From: the human T2T-CHM13v2.0 reference genome, Homo sapiens
Reading direction: 5' to 3' (one strand)
Length of the DNA: 64,000 nt
Assembly: GCF_009914755.1 (NCBI RefSeq)
Contig: NC_060936.1
Shown here: positions 1 through 18,478 of the stretch, piece by piece
How positions within the stretch are numbered: the stretch's first letter is position 1
How the letters are laid out: each line of letters opens with the position of its first letter
Program-made: the position numbers and the translations under genes
The notes under the pieces: model-generated
Databases searched by the model: none
What the model was told of the DNA's origin: nothing
The model's input: the letters and a program-made list of their open reading frames with translations, nothing else

Positions 1-315
1 AGAGGTCATTTTCTTATAATGCTCAGCCTCAGAGATAGAACACTGGAGGCAAGAAATTAATAATTTAGTAACAGTGAAGCTCCAGTGGTGATTACATCAT
101 GATGTAAAATCAGAGGTTGATCTGATGGTGAGCAATGGGTGCTCAGATGGTATAGAGAGAGAGAGAAGAAGTGAGGGCACTAAGCATCCATACCCAGCTC
201 TACCTGGGACAGCAGGGGAGACTGGAGGCCAGGAGAGGAAAGGCAACCTGAGGAGAGGGCTCTGCAGCCAGAGAGGGGCCTGAGGACTGTGGGACCGAGA
301 GCTAGCAGACGCACT
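1..315 (-). other. KRT6A: KRT6A 3' UTR (partial; continues beyond window start)
   Basis: Lies downstream of the TAA at 316-318; no minus-strand AATAAA seen within 1-315. Confidence 0.85.
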
Positions 316-5880
<5,565 letters not shown>

Positions 5881-5950
5881 TTATATATGGAGAGCATGGG
5901 CTGGGCCCAGTCCTGGAAGGTGAGCTTGCAGGTTGGGAAGGGCTGGGCTT
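5881..5950 (-). promoter_or_regulatory. KRT6A core promoter: TATA box (ATATATAA, 5881-5888) plus two GCCCAGCCC boxes
   Basis: Minus strand reads CCATATATAAGCTGC about 95 bp upstream of the ATG; plus-strand GGGCTGGGC at 5898-5906 and 5940-5948. Confidence 0.8.
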
Positions 5951-7528
5951 TACCAACAGTGAGATCACACCCAGTTTCTAGAAAGGTATGAAATATGAAG
6001 ATTGCTTTTTGGCTTCCTTTAGTCATAGAGAAATTCTCCTGCCTTCCAGCCTTGACTTGATCCTAACACAATAAGCCCGGGTATACATTCACTGAAGTCA
6101 TGAGTTAGTCATGTCCTCAAACAAAGGAGACAAGGAGCTGATCTGTGATAATTGTCCCCTCCTTCTTCTTCATCAGACACTCCCTGTGTGCCCCCTTCCC
6201 ACACAGGTTTTCTACTCCACTTGCACCAGCCTCACCCTCTGAGTGGGATCCTTCCTGAGGGCGTATGGGCATTTGCCCGATGGCCTGAGCAAGAAGTAGC
6301 CTGTTGTGTTTTTTCCACTGCATTTGGACCAGTTCTTCTGGAGCTCCTGGCTGTCCTCCCTTGTGTCCTGGACATAGGAACGGGGTCTGCTTTGGGGATC
6401 TAACCCTCCTTTGTCAGGCAAGAGGGACAGAGGAGTTGAGTCTTTACACTGTAGGAGCAACATTTGTTCTGTGTACTGTGTGATCACCTGCCCACATGCC
6501 GTTTACCTAAAATGAAGGGAGCAGACATTGCCCAGGGTGCTCAGAGACCTGACTTCTGCCAGGAGTTTCTTTCCATATCTGCACCTCTCTCTCCAGTGCT
6601 TGCTTTCCTATTGAGCTTAGTCTCATGTAAATCTGCCTTTCCAGTTGAAATTTATAGACACCTTCTCCCTGCTGTTTTGGAGCATTTACATAGAGCTTAA
6701 TTTAAACAACGGAAAATGAGTGATATAAAAATCATTAAGGAATTCACTGGATTTTTATTCCCACAGATTTTGACATTTCTTAAGAATCAAGAGTCAGACA
6801 GTTTAATTGGGTGTGTAGGGAAAGTCAAGGGGCATATGGAAGCTGTGAATCATAAAATTGTGCCCTTACAAGTGTGATGATGTAACATGTCAATTCCACA
6901 TTTTAATTTCTGATCTCAGTGCTTGAAATCTCAAATCCATATACACCTTCTGGGAGGGTGGGCAGGCTGACAAAGGTGAGTGTGCTTGGTTTACAGAGGA
7001 ATGAGCTTCACTTCTCCAGTCCATGCATTAAGCACTGTGCATGAGGAGAATGGAGAGCAATCCTGGGCAATATTGTTCTGTGAGAACCTATGGATAAATG
7101 AGCAACCGCAGGAGGAAGAACAAACTCCCATGCTAAGAAGAGCCTCAGGAAAGCTCTTGTTACTATTTTAAAAGCAGTCCCATTTCTCCAACATTTGGAG
7201 GGGGGGACACAGCATCCAGGAGAACAGGGTGTTCCCTGTCTAAAGGAGGTGCTAACTCAGCGTCTGGCAAGAACGAGATACCTTCTCAAGACAACGGAAG
7301 CAGCTCCCCTCCCTCCACCCTGGTTGCACAATGGTTGACCAAGAATGTGCTTCCACCCAGTTCTGGGAAAGAAGTGTTCCTTCTGGTATGTGCTCCGACC
7401 CACTCTACTCTCTTGGGATAGAGGCTTTAGGCTTGGCATGAATGATGCTAGGATGGGTAAGAAGGGTTGGCAATTCAGGTGGGAGCTATATGCATTTACC
7501 CAGTGTCCTATGTCTGTGTCAATGTCCA

Positions 7529-7651
7529 ATGTCCACGGCTGCTTTCACACTACAAAGACAGAGCTGAGTAGTTACAACAGAGATTGTATGCCCTGCAAAG
7601 CCTAAAATAGTCACTATTTGTCCCTTTAAAGAAAACATTTGCCAACCCCTG
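7529..7651. mobile_element. MER58A-like DNA transposon fragment
   Basis: ggctgctttcacactacaaagacagagctgagtagttacaacagag...gcaaagcctaaaata...tttgccaacccctg matches the recalled MER58A end. Confidence 0.7.
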
Positions 7652-7880
7652 GTTAAGAGCATGGACTTTGGAGACAGAGGGCTCAGGTTCATGACCAAGC
7701 ACCTGGGTGTCCCTCTGCACTTTCTTAAACCCTTTGTGCCTTGTTTTTACACCTGTAAACTGGGAGTGAACATAGCACCGGCCTCAAAGTGCTATTGTGA
7801 GGCTTCAGTGAGATAATTAATTGAAGGTCTTAGCAAGGCATCTGGCATATAATTTCTCACCGAAGGTAAGCTAATATTAT
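7652..7880 (+). mobile_element. MIR SINE
   Basis: gttaagagcatggactttggagacaga...cctgtaaactgggagtga...ctattgtgagg...gagataat resembles the MIR core. Confidence 0.65.
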
Positions 7881-10226
7881 CATAGGAAAGTATGAAGACA
7901 TTTTGTATGTAGAGGCCCACAAGAAGCGTCAAGAACAGGGACACAAGTGCAGGGTATGTGTGTGGGGGAGGAGGGTGGTTCAGAGACCGGTAAGAGAAAT
8001 GAAACCAACATTGCAGGCTTGTGCCACATTAGTAAGGACTTAGGAAGCCATGTATAGAGGTTTGCCCTGCTCCCAGATGCCACACAGAGCCGCAGAAGGC
8101 AGAAGAGCAACAGGATCAGAAGAGCAATTTGCAAGCTTGCAGCCACTCTGCTGAGCAGCAGCATGGGGCAGACAGAGCTCCGCCCAGTGGGGGAGGCAGC
8201 ATGTTGTCTGAGTGATTGGAAGGAAAGGTGGTTGGAGAGAGGATCCAACCTCTGAGTTCTTGGCAGGAGCCCAGAAGACTGCTCTCCCTCTTATGGAGTC
8301 AGGTTCCCCTGCCCATCCTCTGCTGGGTCTCAGGCTGTTCTCTGGGGTACACACACAGGGGCAGCTGCTATTAACCAGCAGTGCCAACTGCATCAGTTCC
8401 TTTTTCACTAATGAGTTCCTGTCTTTTTAAGTGTGGGGGTGAACTCATCCCTGAATAAAATATGTAATGTAATTCATTTAGTCTATCAGAGGATGGTTTA
8501 ACTTCAACATCTTATTCAATCTAGGCTTGGTGTGTGCATCAGACAGCACCAGCAATATAAAGTGCCATGTTTAATTTCCTGACACCAGTGTATCTCCTTT
8601 TGCTAAATTTATATGACATTCTCTTATATATCTACTAAGAGGTTTTTTAAAAAAATTCCCATTCCCAGCTGCCAGGCATGCTCTGGGAACCAAGTCCAGT
8701 GACCCCATAGAGTGAGGTCAGCTGGGAGGACTCATGAGAGGTGATGAAGGGCTTCTAAGACAGTGGAGGGGGAGTTAGAGAGGAGGGAATCCTGCTGCTG
8801 CCGGAAGATCTATTTCTGATTCCACTTCTTCCCAGGCCCCACCACCACTAAAAGGGGAAGTTTGCACCTGGCTCATTTGCCATTGATTGTCTATGTCTTT
8901 CTTTGTCCTGGTGTGGGAGGTGCCTGTTGTTCCTGGCCTGCTTTCAGACAGCTGCCCTAGGCTGGGCCCTGTTCTTTTCTCTCCTGTGAGTCCAGCCCTC
9001 TCTGCCTCTGAGTCTACCTCTGCCAGCGACCACCTATCCCAGGAGAGGGTCATGTTCATAGGCAGGCCACCCTATCTACCCTGGATGGTTATTCTCAGGT
9101 GAAACCTCTCTGGTGACCATGGCTCATGTCCCATGGTGGTGCCCAGAGGTGTTCTGTTTCCCTAGAAGAGCCGAGTGGGGAAGGCACAACCTTCATAAGA
9201 AGATTAGAACAAAGGGTGATGGTTCAGGCAACTATGTGAGAGAAACCAAAGCACGCAGGATGAGTAAGCAGGATGACAGCCAGCCTCCTCCCCAGGGGAC
9301 AGCTGAACCCAGCCTCTTCCTTCTGCCGGGAGAGCCTCCCTTCAGGTGGGAGCTGTCTCTGATTGCCTTGGAATGCAGAATGCCTTTGTTCCAGGCCCAG
9401 GGATTAACCTGCACTCTTGAGTTGTTCCCAGTGTGGAGGGAGGACAGGAGGGAGCTCCTGAAGCCTGAGCTCATGGAAAGTCTGCCTCAAAGAGGATTTG
9501 CCTAGGCGTTCTGCCTCCCAGGGTGGAGTTGGCAGATGAGAATGAGGGAGAGGCTATTGTCATCATCATCAAAAGCTTTAAGATTCAGTGCCTAATCTTG
9601 CAAGCCACAATGCAGGATGATGCTGCTCAGAGGGAATCCCAGCGAGCCAGGCCTGTCCCTAGGGAGCACCCACTGAAAGAGAAATACTGGCAGCCACACG
9701 TGTAAGCAACATAGACAGAAGCACGAAGGCTAGTGTGAGATGTGCAGCCTTCTATGGTAGACCTAGTGGTTTAGAGAGTCTTGAATCCCTCAAAATTGTT
9801 TTACTTAGTAATCATGTTGTTTATGAATACTCAGTATGCACCTAGCTCTGGAGCTTCCCTTCTGTTTCTCAATTTTCACACACACAGTCCGTTTATTTTT
9901 TTTTATTTTTTTTTTGCAGAGAACATTGACAGCATTGCCTATCTGAACATGATCCATGAGTGGCTTTCTCTACAGCTGCAGGAAGTCTCACAACTCCATT
10001 TTCCAGCGGGATGGGGCTCTATCTCAGGTCAGTTGTGGAGTCCAGAGGTCACTGGAATAACATTTTGCACAGGCCAACCTGCCCTTAAAAGTGTGGTTCC
10101 TAAATCCCCAGATGTCACTCCATGTGACTTTCCCACTGAGGATACATCAAGAACCTCTTCCTCACAGACTTGAGGGATGGAGGGAAGCATTGTAGCTGCC
10201 ACTTCAACCATCAAAAGTAGATTATA

Positions 10227-10577
<351 letters not shown>

Positions 10578-12020
10578 CTACAGGATTGATGCATGTTCTG
10601 TGCTTCGAGGGGCAAATATTGAGTGTTTGCACAATTACAGAAATTACTCTGATGGCTCTCTACACATTGAGTTTGACGCATGTTCATATAAAATGTAGTT
10701 ACCGAGTGACATATTTTGCATGTGTCCAATCCGTCTTGACTCACCCTGTGCATGCTGGTACTGGGTAAGTAGGTGCACTTGGATGTTTACATCACTGGAA
10801 AGCGCACAACTGGGCTGGGCACTGACGGGCATATTTGGAAGAAGGGGACAACCTTTGGCTTTCCTGATCCGTGTGGGGACACTAGTTAGAGGAGGAAGAG
10901 CAGTGTGTATCTTATGAATGAGGCATTTTGATGATGGGAGGCAAGAAGGGAGGTTGGAAGTGCAGAGAAGTGCTTTCGGAAAGATGAGAAGGCGAGAAAG
11001 GGACAGGCTGCACAACAGGACAAGGCAGGAACCCTCCTCTGTGAGCAGGAGATAGTGTGCAGGTGAAGGACCAGGCTCTCCTTCTGTCACGTGGCTGAGG
11101 TCCTTGATAAGAACAGGGTTGAAGGGAGCCCTGCCAGCCTTCCAGAGAGACCGGTAAAAACTGCAAGAAGAGTTTCCAATGGACTGGTTTCCTTTTCTCT
11201 CCACTGCCTTCCCCAGTTCCCATCTCCCTTCTTATCCCATCTCCACTTTGAACTCTGGTTTCTACTTCCTCACTGCTGCAAGGCTCCCCTCACTACACAG
11301 TCTAATTTTTTTTAAGTATACTTGGGAAAAAATATTTCAACTATCCCCCAGTGACATACCCAGGGCCTGGCTTAAATAATGTAAAAGATAGGATGAAGTG
11401 AATTCTTACAGAGGGATGTCTCACTCCATCGGCCTTCTGGTCAAACACCCTTTATTTCAGGAAAATATCTGGTTAATTCAGGAAAATATTTCAGGGAAAA
11501 TATCTGATTAATTATGAGGTAATAGGTAATTCCTCCACATTTGGAATGATCTGGAGTAATTCCCACCTATAAAATTTACTTTCAAATCATTTTACTCTTA
11601 GAGTACAAATACCCTAGAAAGCAAGCCAGTCTCCTCTGAGATTTCCTGGAATTTCCTGGCTGCTTCCATCTGTTAATCTTGTATAATTTCACTTTAAGCC
11701 TAGGGGCAGGATTAGCGACAGATCATTGATATTCTGGCAGAAGTCTGTGGAACTCATGTTGCAAGTGAGGCCTCAGGGGGATCTGATAAATTTAATTTCC
11801 TTCTCTTTTTCCTCTTCCCTTCCCTCAGCTGTTTCAGGGAAATAGCCTGAATTTTTCCAGATAGGCACAGAGGAACACACAACATGGCTAGGAAAGTCTG
11901 GACCTTGTGGCAGAAACTGTAGATTGGCTAATCCATCCACAAGGAGGTTCCATTCCTAACACACGTCTTTCTTTCCTATCTCCACTATAGAAAGAGGAAA
12001 AGTGAAATCTTCTTTCTCTC

Positions 12021-12215
12021 TTTATTTTTATTTTATTGCATATCATTTTATTTCATTTTTTAGAGATGGAGGTCTTTCCCTGTTCCACAGCTTGGCTTGA
12101 AGTGCAGTGGCACGGTCATAGCTCACTGCAGCCTCCAACTCCTGGGCTCAAGTGATCCTCTGGCCTTAGCCTCCCAAAGTGCTAGGATTAAAGAGAAGTT
12201 CCACCATGCCCAACC
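12021..12215 (-). mobile_element. Old Alu monomer (FRAM/AluJ-like)
   Basis: gtgcagtggcacggtcatagctcactgcagcctccaactcctgggctcaagtgatcctc...cctcccaaagtgct with a T-rich tail. Confidence 0.8.
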
Positions 12216-13077
12216 ACTTTCTCTTTTTAAGAAAACAGTTTTGTTTATTGAGGTAGAATTTACATACAGTGAAATGTGTAGCTCTTAAGTACAGAGTTCA
12301 ATCTATTTTGAAAAATCCATGCACCTCTATAAGTCACACCCTATCAAGGTATAGAATATTCCCATTACTCCAGAAAATTCTTTTGTGCACCTTCCCTATG
12401 AATCCCACTGCACCAAGCAAATACTGTTTTGATTTTTCCACCAAAGAATCATAGGGTGTATGCATACTGCACATGTGCCATTTATATACATGCTGTATGT
12501 GTCTGGCTTTTTTCACTCAACAAAATGTTTTTGAGATTCATCCAGGTTGTTGTTCGTATCAGTATTTCATGCTTTTTTACAGCTAAGTGGTGTGCTGCTG
12601 TATGAATATACCACAGTTTGCTTACTCATTCCTACAGATGAGTTCCTGGGATAGTTCCAGTTTGGGGTTACTGTGAATAAAGCAGTTATGAACATATTTG
12701 TGAATATTTCTGTGGGCAAATGTTTTCATTTTGCTTAAATAAATACCTAGAAATTGAATTGTGACATCAAGGGTCAATGTGTATTAGCTTTCCAAATTAA
12801 TTGTACAATTTTTTAAAATAGACTTTATGAACAACTTCAGGTTCATAGCAAAATTTAACAGAGACTACAAAGAATTCTCATATAAACCCCACGCCCACAC
12901 ACACACATGCATAGCTTTCTCATTATCCACATCCCCCACCAGAGTGGCAGATTGGTTACAATTGGTGAATCTACATTGATGTGCCATTGTTATTCAAAGG
13001 TCATAGCTTACATTAGAGTCACTTTGGTTTTGTACATTCTATGGGTCTTTTAAAAATGTGTAATAACATATATCCAC

Positions 13078-13513
13078 TGTGGCAGTTTGCCACGGTTACC
13101 ATGGGACTGAACCAAGGGGGACGAACGTAGAAATGAAAACTTAAGACAGAGAAACTGTTTTAAAGAAGGAGTCCAGGGGAGAAGAGAGCTCCATGTTTCT
13201 AGTGAGCAAAGGCAGCCCGCTGAGCTTCCACAGCCCTTCGTATTTATTGTGTAGAAAGAGCAGGGAGGAGGAGGTAATGATTGGTCAGCTGCTTAATTGA
13301 TCACAGGTTCACATTACTGTTAACAGGTGTCAATTATGCCTAATCACGAGAAACACTGCCAGCGTGACTGCCCTCAGCATTCCTTCTGGGTGGCAGATGC
13401 AGTTTGTCAGTTTGCCAACAACCTGCATTCATGAGACTAGTTTGCTGTTTACTCATACAGCCTCCGGTGGTATACTGAGTTGATCACGACCCTCACTCTT
13501 TCAGCCTGCAACA
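13078..13513 (-). mobile_element. Solo LTR, LTR3 family (HERV-K HML-6)
   Basis: Minus strand runs TGTTGCAGGCTGAAAAGAGTGAGGGTCGTGATCAACTCAGTATACCAC...GGCAAACTGCCACA (TG...CA, 436 bp). 6-bp TSD ATCCAC/ACCCAC; the host L1 reads through across the insertion. Confidence 0.8.
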
Positions 13514-13994
13514 ACCCACCATTATAGTATCATACACAATAGTTTCACTGCCCTAAAAATCCTCCTGTTCCACTTACTCATTCCTTCTTCCCCCCTAACC
13601 ATTGGCAGCCACTGGGCTTTTTATGGTCTCCATAGTTTTGCCTTTTTCAAAATGTCATGTAGTTGGAATCATACAGTATGTAGCCTTTTCAGACTGGCCT
13701 CTTTCACTTAGCAATATGCATTTAAGGCTCCTCTATGCCTGTTCATGGCTTGATAGCTCATTTCTTTTTAGTGCTGAATAATGAAATTCTATTGTATGGA
13801 TGTACCACAAATTGTCTATTTATTCAGCCAATTGTCTAAGCACCCATCTTGGTTGCTTCTAAGTTTTGAAAATTAGGAATAAAGTTGCTATTAATATATA
13901 TGTGCAAATTTCTATGTGGGCATTAGTTTTCCATTTCTTTGGGTAAATATGAAGGAGTAAAACTGCTGGATTGTATGGCAAAAGTATGTTTACT

Positions 13995-14286
13995 CTTTTT
14001 TTTTTTGAGACAGAGTCTCGCTCTGTCACCCAGGCTGGAGTGCAGTGGCGCGATCTCGGCTCACTGCAATCTCCGCCTCCTGGGTTCAAGTAATTCTCCT
14101 GCTTCAGCCTCCTGAATAGCTGGGATTACAGGCAAGCGCCACCATGCGCGGCTGATTTTTGTATTTTTAGTAGAGACAGGATTTCACCATGTTGGTCAGG
14201 CTGGTCTCAAACTCCTGCTCTCGTGTTCCGCCCACCTCTGCCTCCCAAAGTGCTGGAATTACAGGAGTGAGTCACTGTGCCCGGCC
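13995..14286 (-). mobile_element. AluS (Sg/Sc-like)
   Basis: Full dimer; exact 13-bp TSD AAGTATGTTTACT at 13982-13994 and 14287-14299. Confidence 0.95.
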
Positions 14287-16905
14287 AAGTATGTTTACTT
14301 TTGTACAAAACTACCAAACCGTCTTCCAAAGTGGCTATACCATTTTGCATTCCCATCAGTAATGAATAAGTGTTCCCATTGCTGCATATTTTCACCAGCA
14401 CCTGGCATTGTCAGTGTTCTGGATTTTGGCTATTCTAATAGGCATGTTGTGATACTTCATTATTGTTTTAATTTGTATTTCTCTGATGACCTATGATGTT
14501 GAAAATCTTTCATATGCTTACTTACTATTTGTATTATCTTCATTGGTGATGTGTCTGTTAAAGAATTTGGTCCATTTTATAATCAGGTCGTTTCTTACCG
14601 TTAATTTTAAGAGTTATCTAATACATTGTAGTTTGAATAAGAGTCCTTTATCAGATATGTCTTTTGCTAATATTTTCTTCCAGTCTGTGGCTTGCCTTCT
14701 CATTTTGGCAGTGTGTTTTGCAGAGCAGATTTTAATTTTAATGAGGTCCAGCTTATCAATTATTCCTTTCATGGATCATGGCTTTGGTGTTGTATCTTAA
14801 AAGTCATCACCATACCCAAGGTCATCTAGGTTTTCTCCTATGTTATCTTCTAGGAGTTTCATAGCTTTGCATTTTACATTTAGGGCTATGATCCATTTTG
14901 AGTTAATTTTGTGGAAAGTGTAAAGTTTGTGTTGAGATTCATTTGCATGTGGGGTATTCAATTATTTCAATAGCATTTGTCTTTGCTCCCTCATATTGCT
15001 GTTGTTTCTTTGTCAAGGACCAGTTAACTATATTTGTGTGGGTCTAGTTCTGGCCTTCCTATCATGTTCCATTGACCTATTTGTCAACTCGTTCACCAAC
15101 ACAACATGGCCTTTATTACTGTAGTTCATTGTAAGTCTTGAAGTTAAGTATTGACAGTACTCTGACTTTGTTCTTCAATATTTTGTTGGGCCATTTTAGA
15201 TCTTTTGCTTCTTCATAAAACTTTAGAATCCATTTTTTGGTCTACAGAAAATAACTTGCTGAGATTTTGATTGGGATTGCATTGAATCTGTAGATCAAGT
15301 TGGGAAGAACTGACATCTTGACAATATTGAATCTTCTTATCCATGAACGTGCAATATCTCTCAATTTATTTGGTTCTTTGATGTCTTTCATCAGAGCTTG
15401 TAGTTTTCCTTATGTAGATATGTATATATTTTGTTAGATTTATACCAACTATTTCATTTTTGGAGGTGCTAATATACGTAGTATCATGTTTTTTATTTCA
15501 AATTCCTATTGTTCTTTGCTAGTACATTGGAAAGTGATTGACTTTTTATATTAGCCTTGTATCATGCAACTTTGCTATAATCACTTGTAAGTTTGGGTAG
15601 TTTTTCATTGCATCTTTTTTTCTACATAGACAGTTATGTCATGTGATCAAAGTTTTATTTGTTCCCACCCAATTTGTATAACTTTCATTTCCTTTTCTTG
15701 TCTTATTTCATTAACTAGGACTTCCAGTTATTTTGAAAAGTAGTGATGAGAGGGGAAATCCTTGCCTTGTTCCTGATCTTAGCAGGAAAGCTTCTAGTTT
15801 CTCACCATTAAGTATAATCTTAGCACAGGTTTTCTGTAAATGTTCTTTATCAAGTTGTAAAATTTCCCCTCTCCTCCAAGCTTACTAAGAGTTTGCATTA
15901 TAAATGGTGTTGGATTTTGTGAAATTGTTTTTCACAATACACCTATTGATATAATCATGTGTTTTTTTTTCTACGGCCTATTGTTGTGATTGATTACATT
16001 AACTGATGTTCAAATGTTGAACCAGTCTGTCATACGTGGAATAAATGTCACTTGGTCATGGTGTATAATTCTTTTATAATTCTTTTTATGCATTGTTGGA
16101 TTTGATTTGCTAATATTTTATAGGGGATTTTTACAGCTATGCTTATGAGAGATAATGCTCTACAGTTTTCTGTTCTTGCAATATCTTTGTCTTGTTTTGG
16201 TATTAAGGTGATGCTGGCTTCATAGAATGAGTCAGAAAATGTTCTCTGTGTTCCTATCTTTGGAAAGAGATTATAGAGAATTGGTACAATTTCTCCTGTC
16301 AATGTTTGGTAGAATCCACCTGTGAACCCATCCAGGCCTGGATGGGTAAATAAATAACTTTTGGAAAGTTATTTACTATTGGTTCAATTTCTTTAGTCTA
16401 TTTTTTCTTGTGTGAATTTTAGCAGATCATGTCTTTCAAAAAATTGGTTCATTTAATTTAGGTTATCATATTTGAGGATGTAGAGTTGTTTATAATATTT
16501 CTTCATTACCCTTTCAATCCCCATGGAATATATAGTGATGTCGATTTATTCATTTCTGATATTAGTAACTTTGTGTCCTTTCTATTGTTTTCTTAGCCTG
16601 GCTAGAAGCTTATCAATTTTACTGGTCTTTTCAAAGAAATCATTTTTGGTTCCATTAATTTTCTCTATTAATTTCCTGCTTTTAATTTCATTTATTTCTG
16701 CTCTAATCTGTATTACTTTTTTCTTCTACTTATTTTGAATTTAATTTCCTTCTTTTTTTCTAGGTTTCTAAGGTGGAATACATGCATTCAATATAAATTT
16801 CTCTCTAAACTCTATTTTTGTTGCATCCCATAAATTTTGGTGTCATATTTTCATTTTTATTTAGTTCAAAATATTTAAAAATGTATGTTCAGATTTCTTC
16901 CTTGA

Positions 16906-17248
<343 letters not shown>

Positions 17249-18267
17249 GTATTTGGGGATTTTTAAACTATCTTTCTGTTATTGATTTCTAGCTTACTTC
17301 TATTGTGGTCTGAGAGCATACATTGTATGATTTATATTTTTTAAAAAATTTTAAGGTATGTTTTATGGCCACAGTGTGAATGTTCTATGTGAGCTTGAGA
17401 AGAATGTGTATTCTGCTCTTGTTTGGTGAAGTGTTCTAAAGGTGTCAATTATATTGAGGTGATTGATGGTGTTTTTGAGTTCAACTATGTCCTTACTCAT
17501 TTTCTAATAAAAAATCAATATAAATATTTTCTAATATAAAATAGTGTTGAAGTCTCTGATTAGAATAGTGGATTCCTCTGTTTCTCTACCCCATTATTCC
17601 ATTGGTTTTTGCCTCACATATTTTGATGCTCTGTTGTTAAGCACGTACATATTACGGATAGTTATATCTTGGAATTAAGGATTATTATTGACACCTTTAT
17701 CATTAGGTAATGCCCCTCTTTCTTACTGATAATTTTCCTTGCTATGAAGTCTGTCCTGTCCCAAATTAATACAGCTACTTCAGCTTTCTTTTAATTAGCA
17801 TTAGCATGGTATGTCTTTTCTCCATCCCTTTACTTTTAATCATATATGTCTTTATATTTAAAAATGGGTTTGTTTTAGACAGCATACTGTTGGGTTTTGT
17901 TTTTTGATCCATTCTAACAATCTCTATCTTTAAGCTGGTGCATTTAGACCATCACCATTTAAAGTTATTATTGATATAGTTGGATTAATATCTACCATAT
18001 TTCTTACTGTTTTCTAGTTATTGCTCTTGTTTTTCGTTCCTTTTTTGTCTCCCACTCTTTTTTCATCTTTTGTGGTTTTAACTGAGCATTTTATGATTCC
18101 ATTTTCTCTCCTTTTTAGTATATCGGTTATACTTTTTTTTTTTTTTTTTACTTCTTTCAGTGGTTGCCCTAGAGTTTGCAATATACATTTACAACTAATC
18201 CAAGTCTACTTTCAAATAACACTATACTGCTTCATGGGTATTGCAAGTTCTTTGAAATAACCAAGTA

Positions 18268-18478
18268 CAGTTGACCCTTGAACAACATGGGTTTGAACTG
18301 CATGGATCCACATATATGTAGAATTCACAAGATGCAATATCCAAGTATTATGAAGGGCCAACTTTTCTTTTCATGTAGAGGATCCTACAGGGCTGACAGT
18401 GGGACTTGCGTATGCCAGGATTTTGGTATATGTGCAGGGTCTTGGAATCAATCCCTGGCATATACCAAGGGGTGACCG
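18268..18478 (-). mobile_element. MER8 (TcMar-Tigger MITE) inside L1
   Basis: cagttgacccttgaacaacatgggtttgaactgc...ggaatcaatccc...taccaaggggtgaccg, flanked by TA on both sides (18266-67, 18479-80). Confidence 0.8.

Noticed and set aside
16048-16302. ORF with RT-like sequence as a possible gene
   Set aside because: It is a short fragment of a dead L1 ORF2, bounded by stops and frameshifts.
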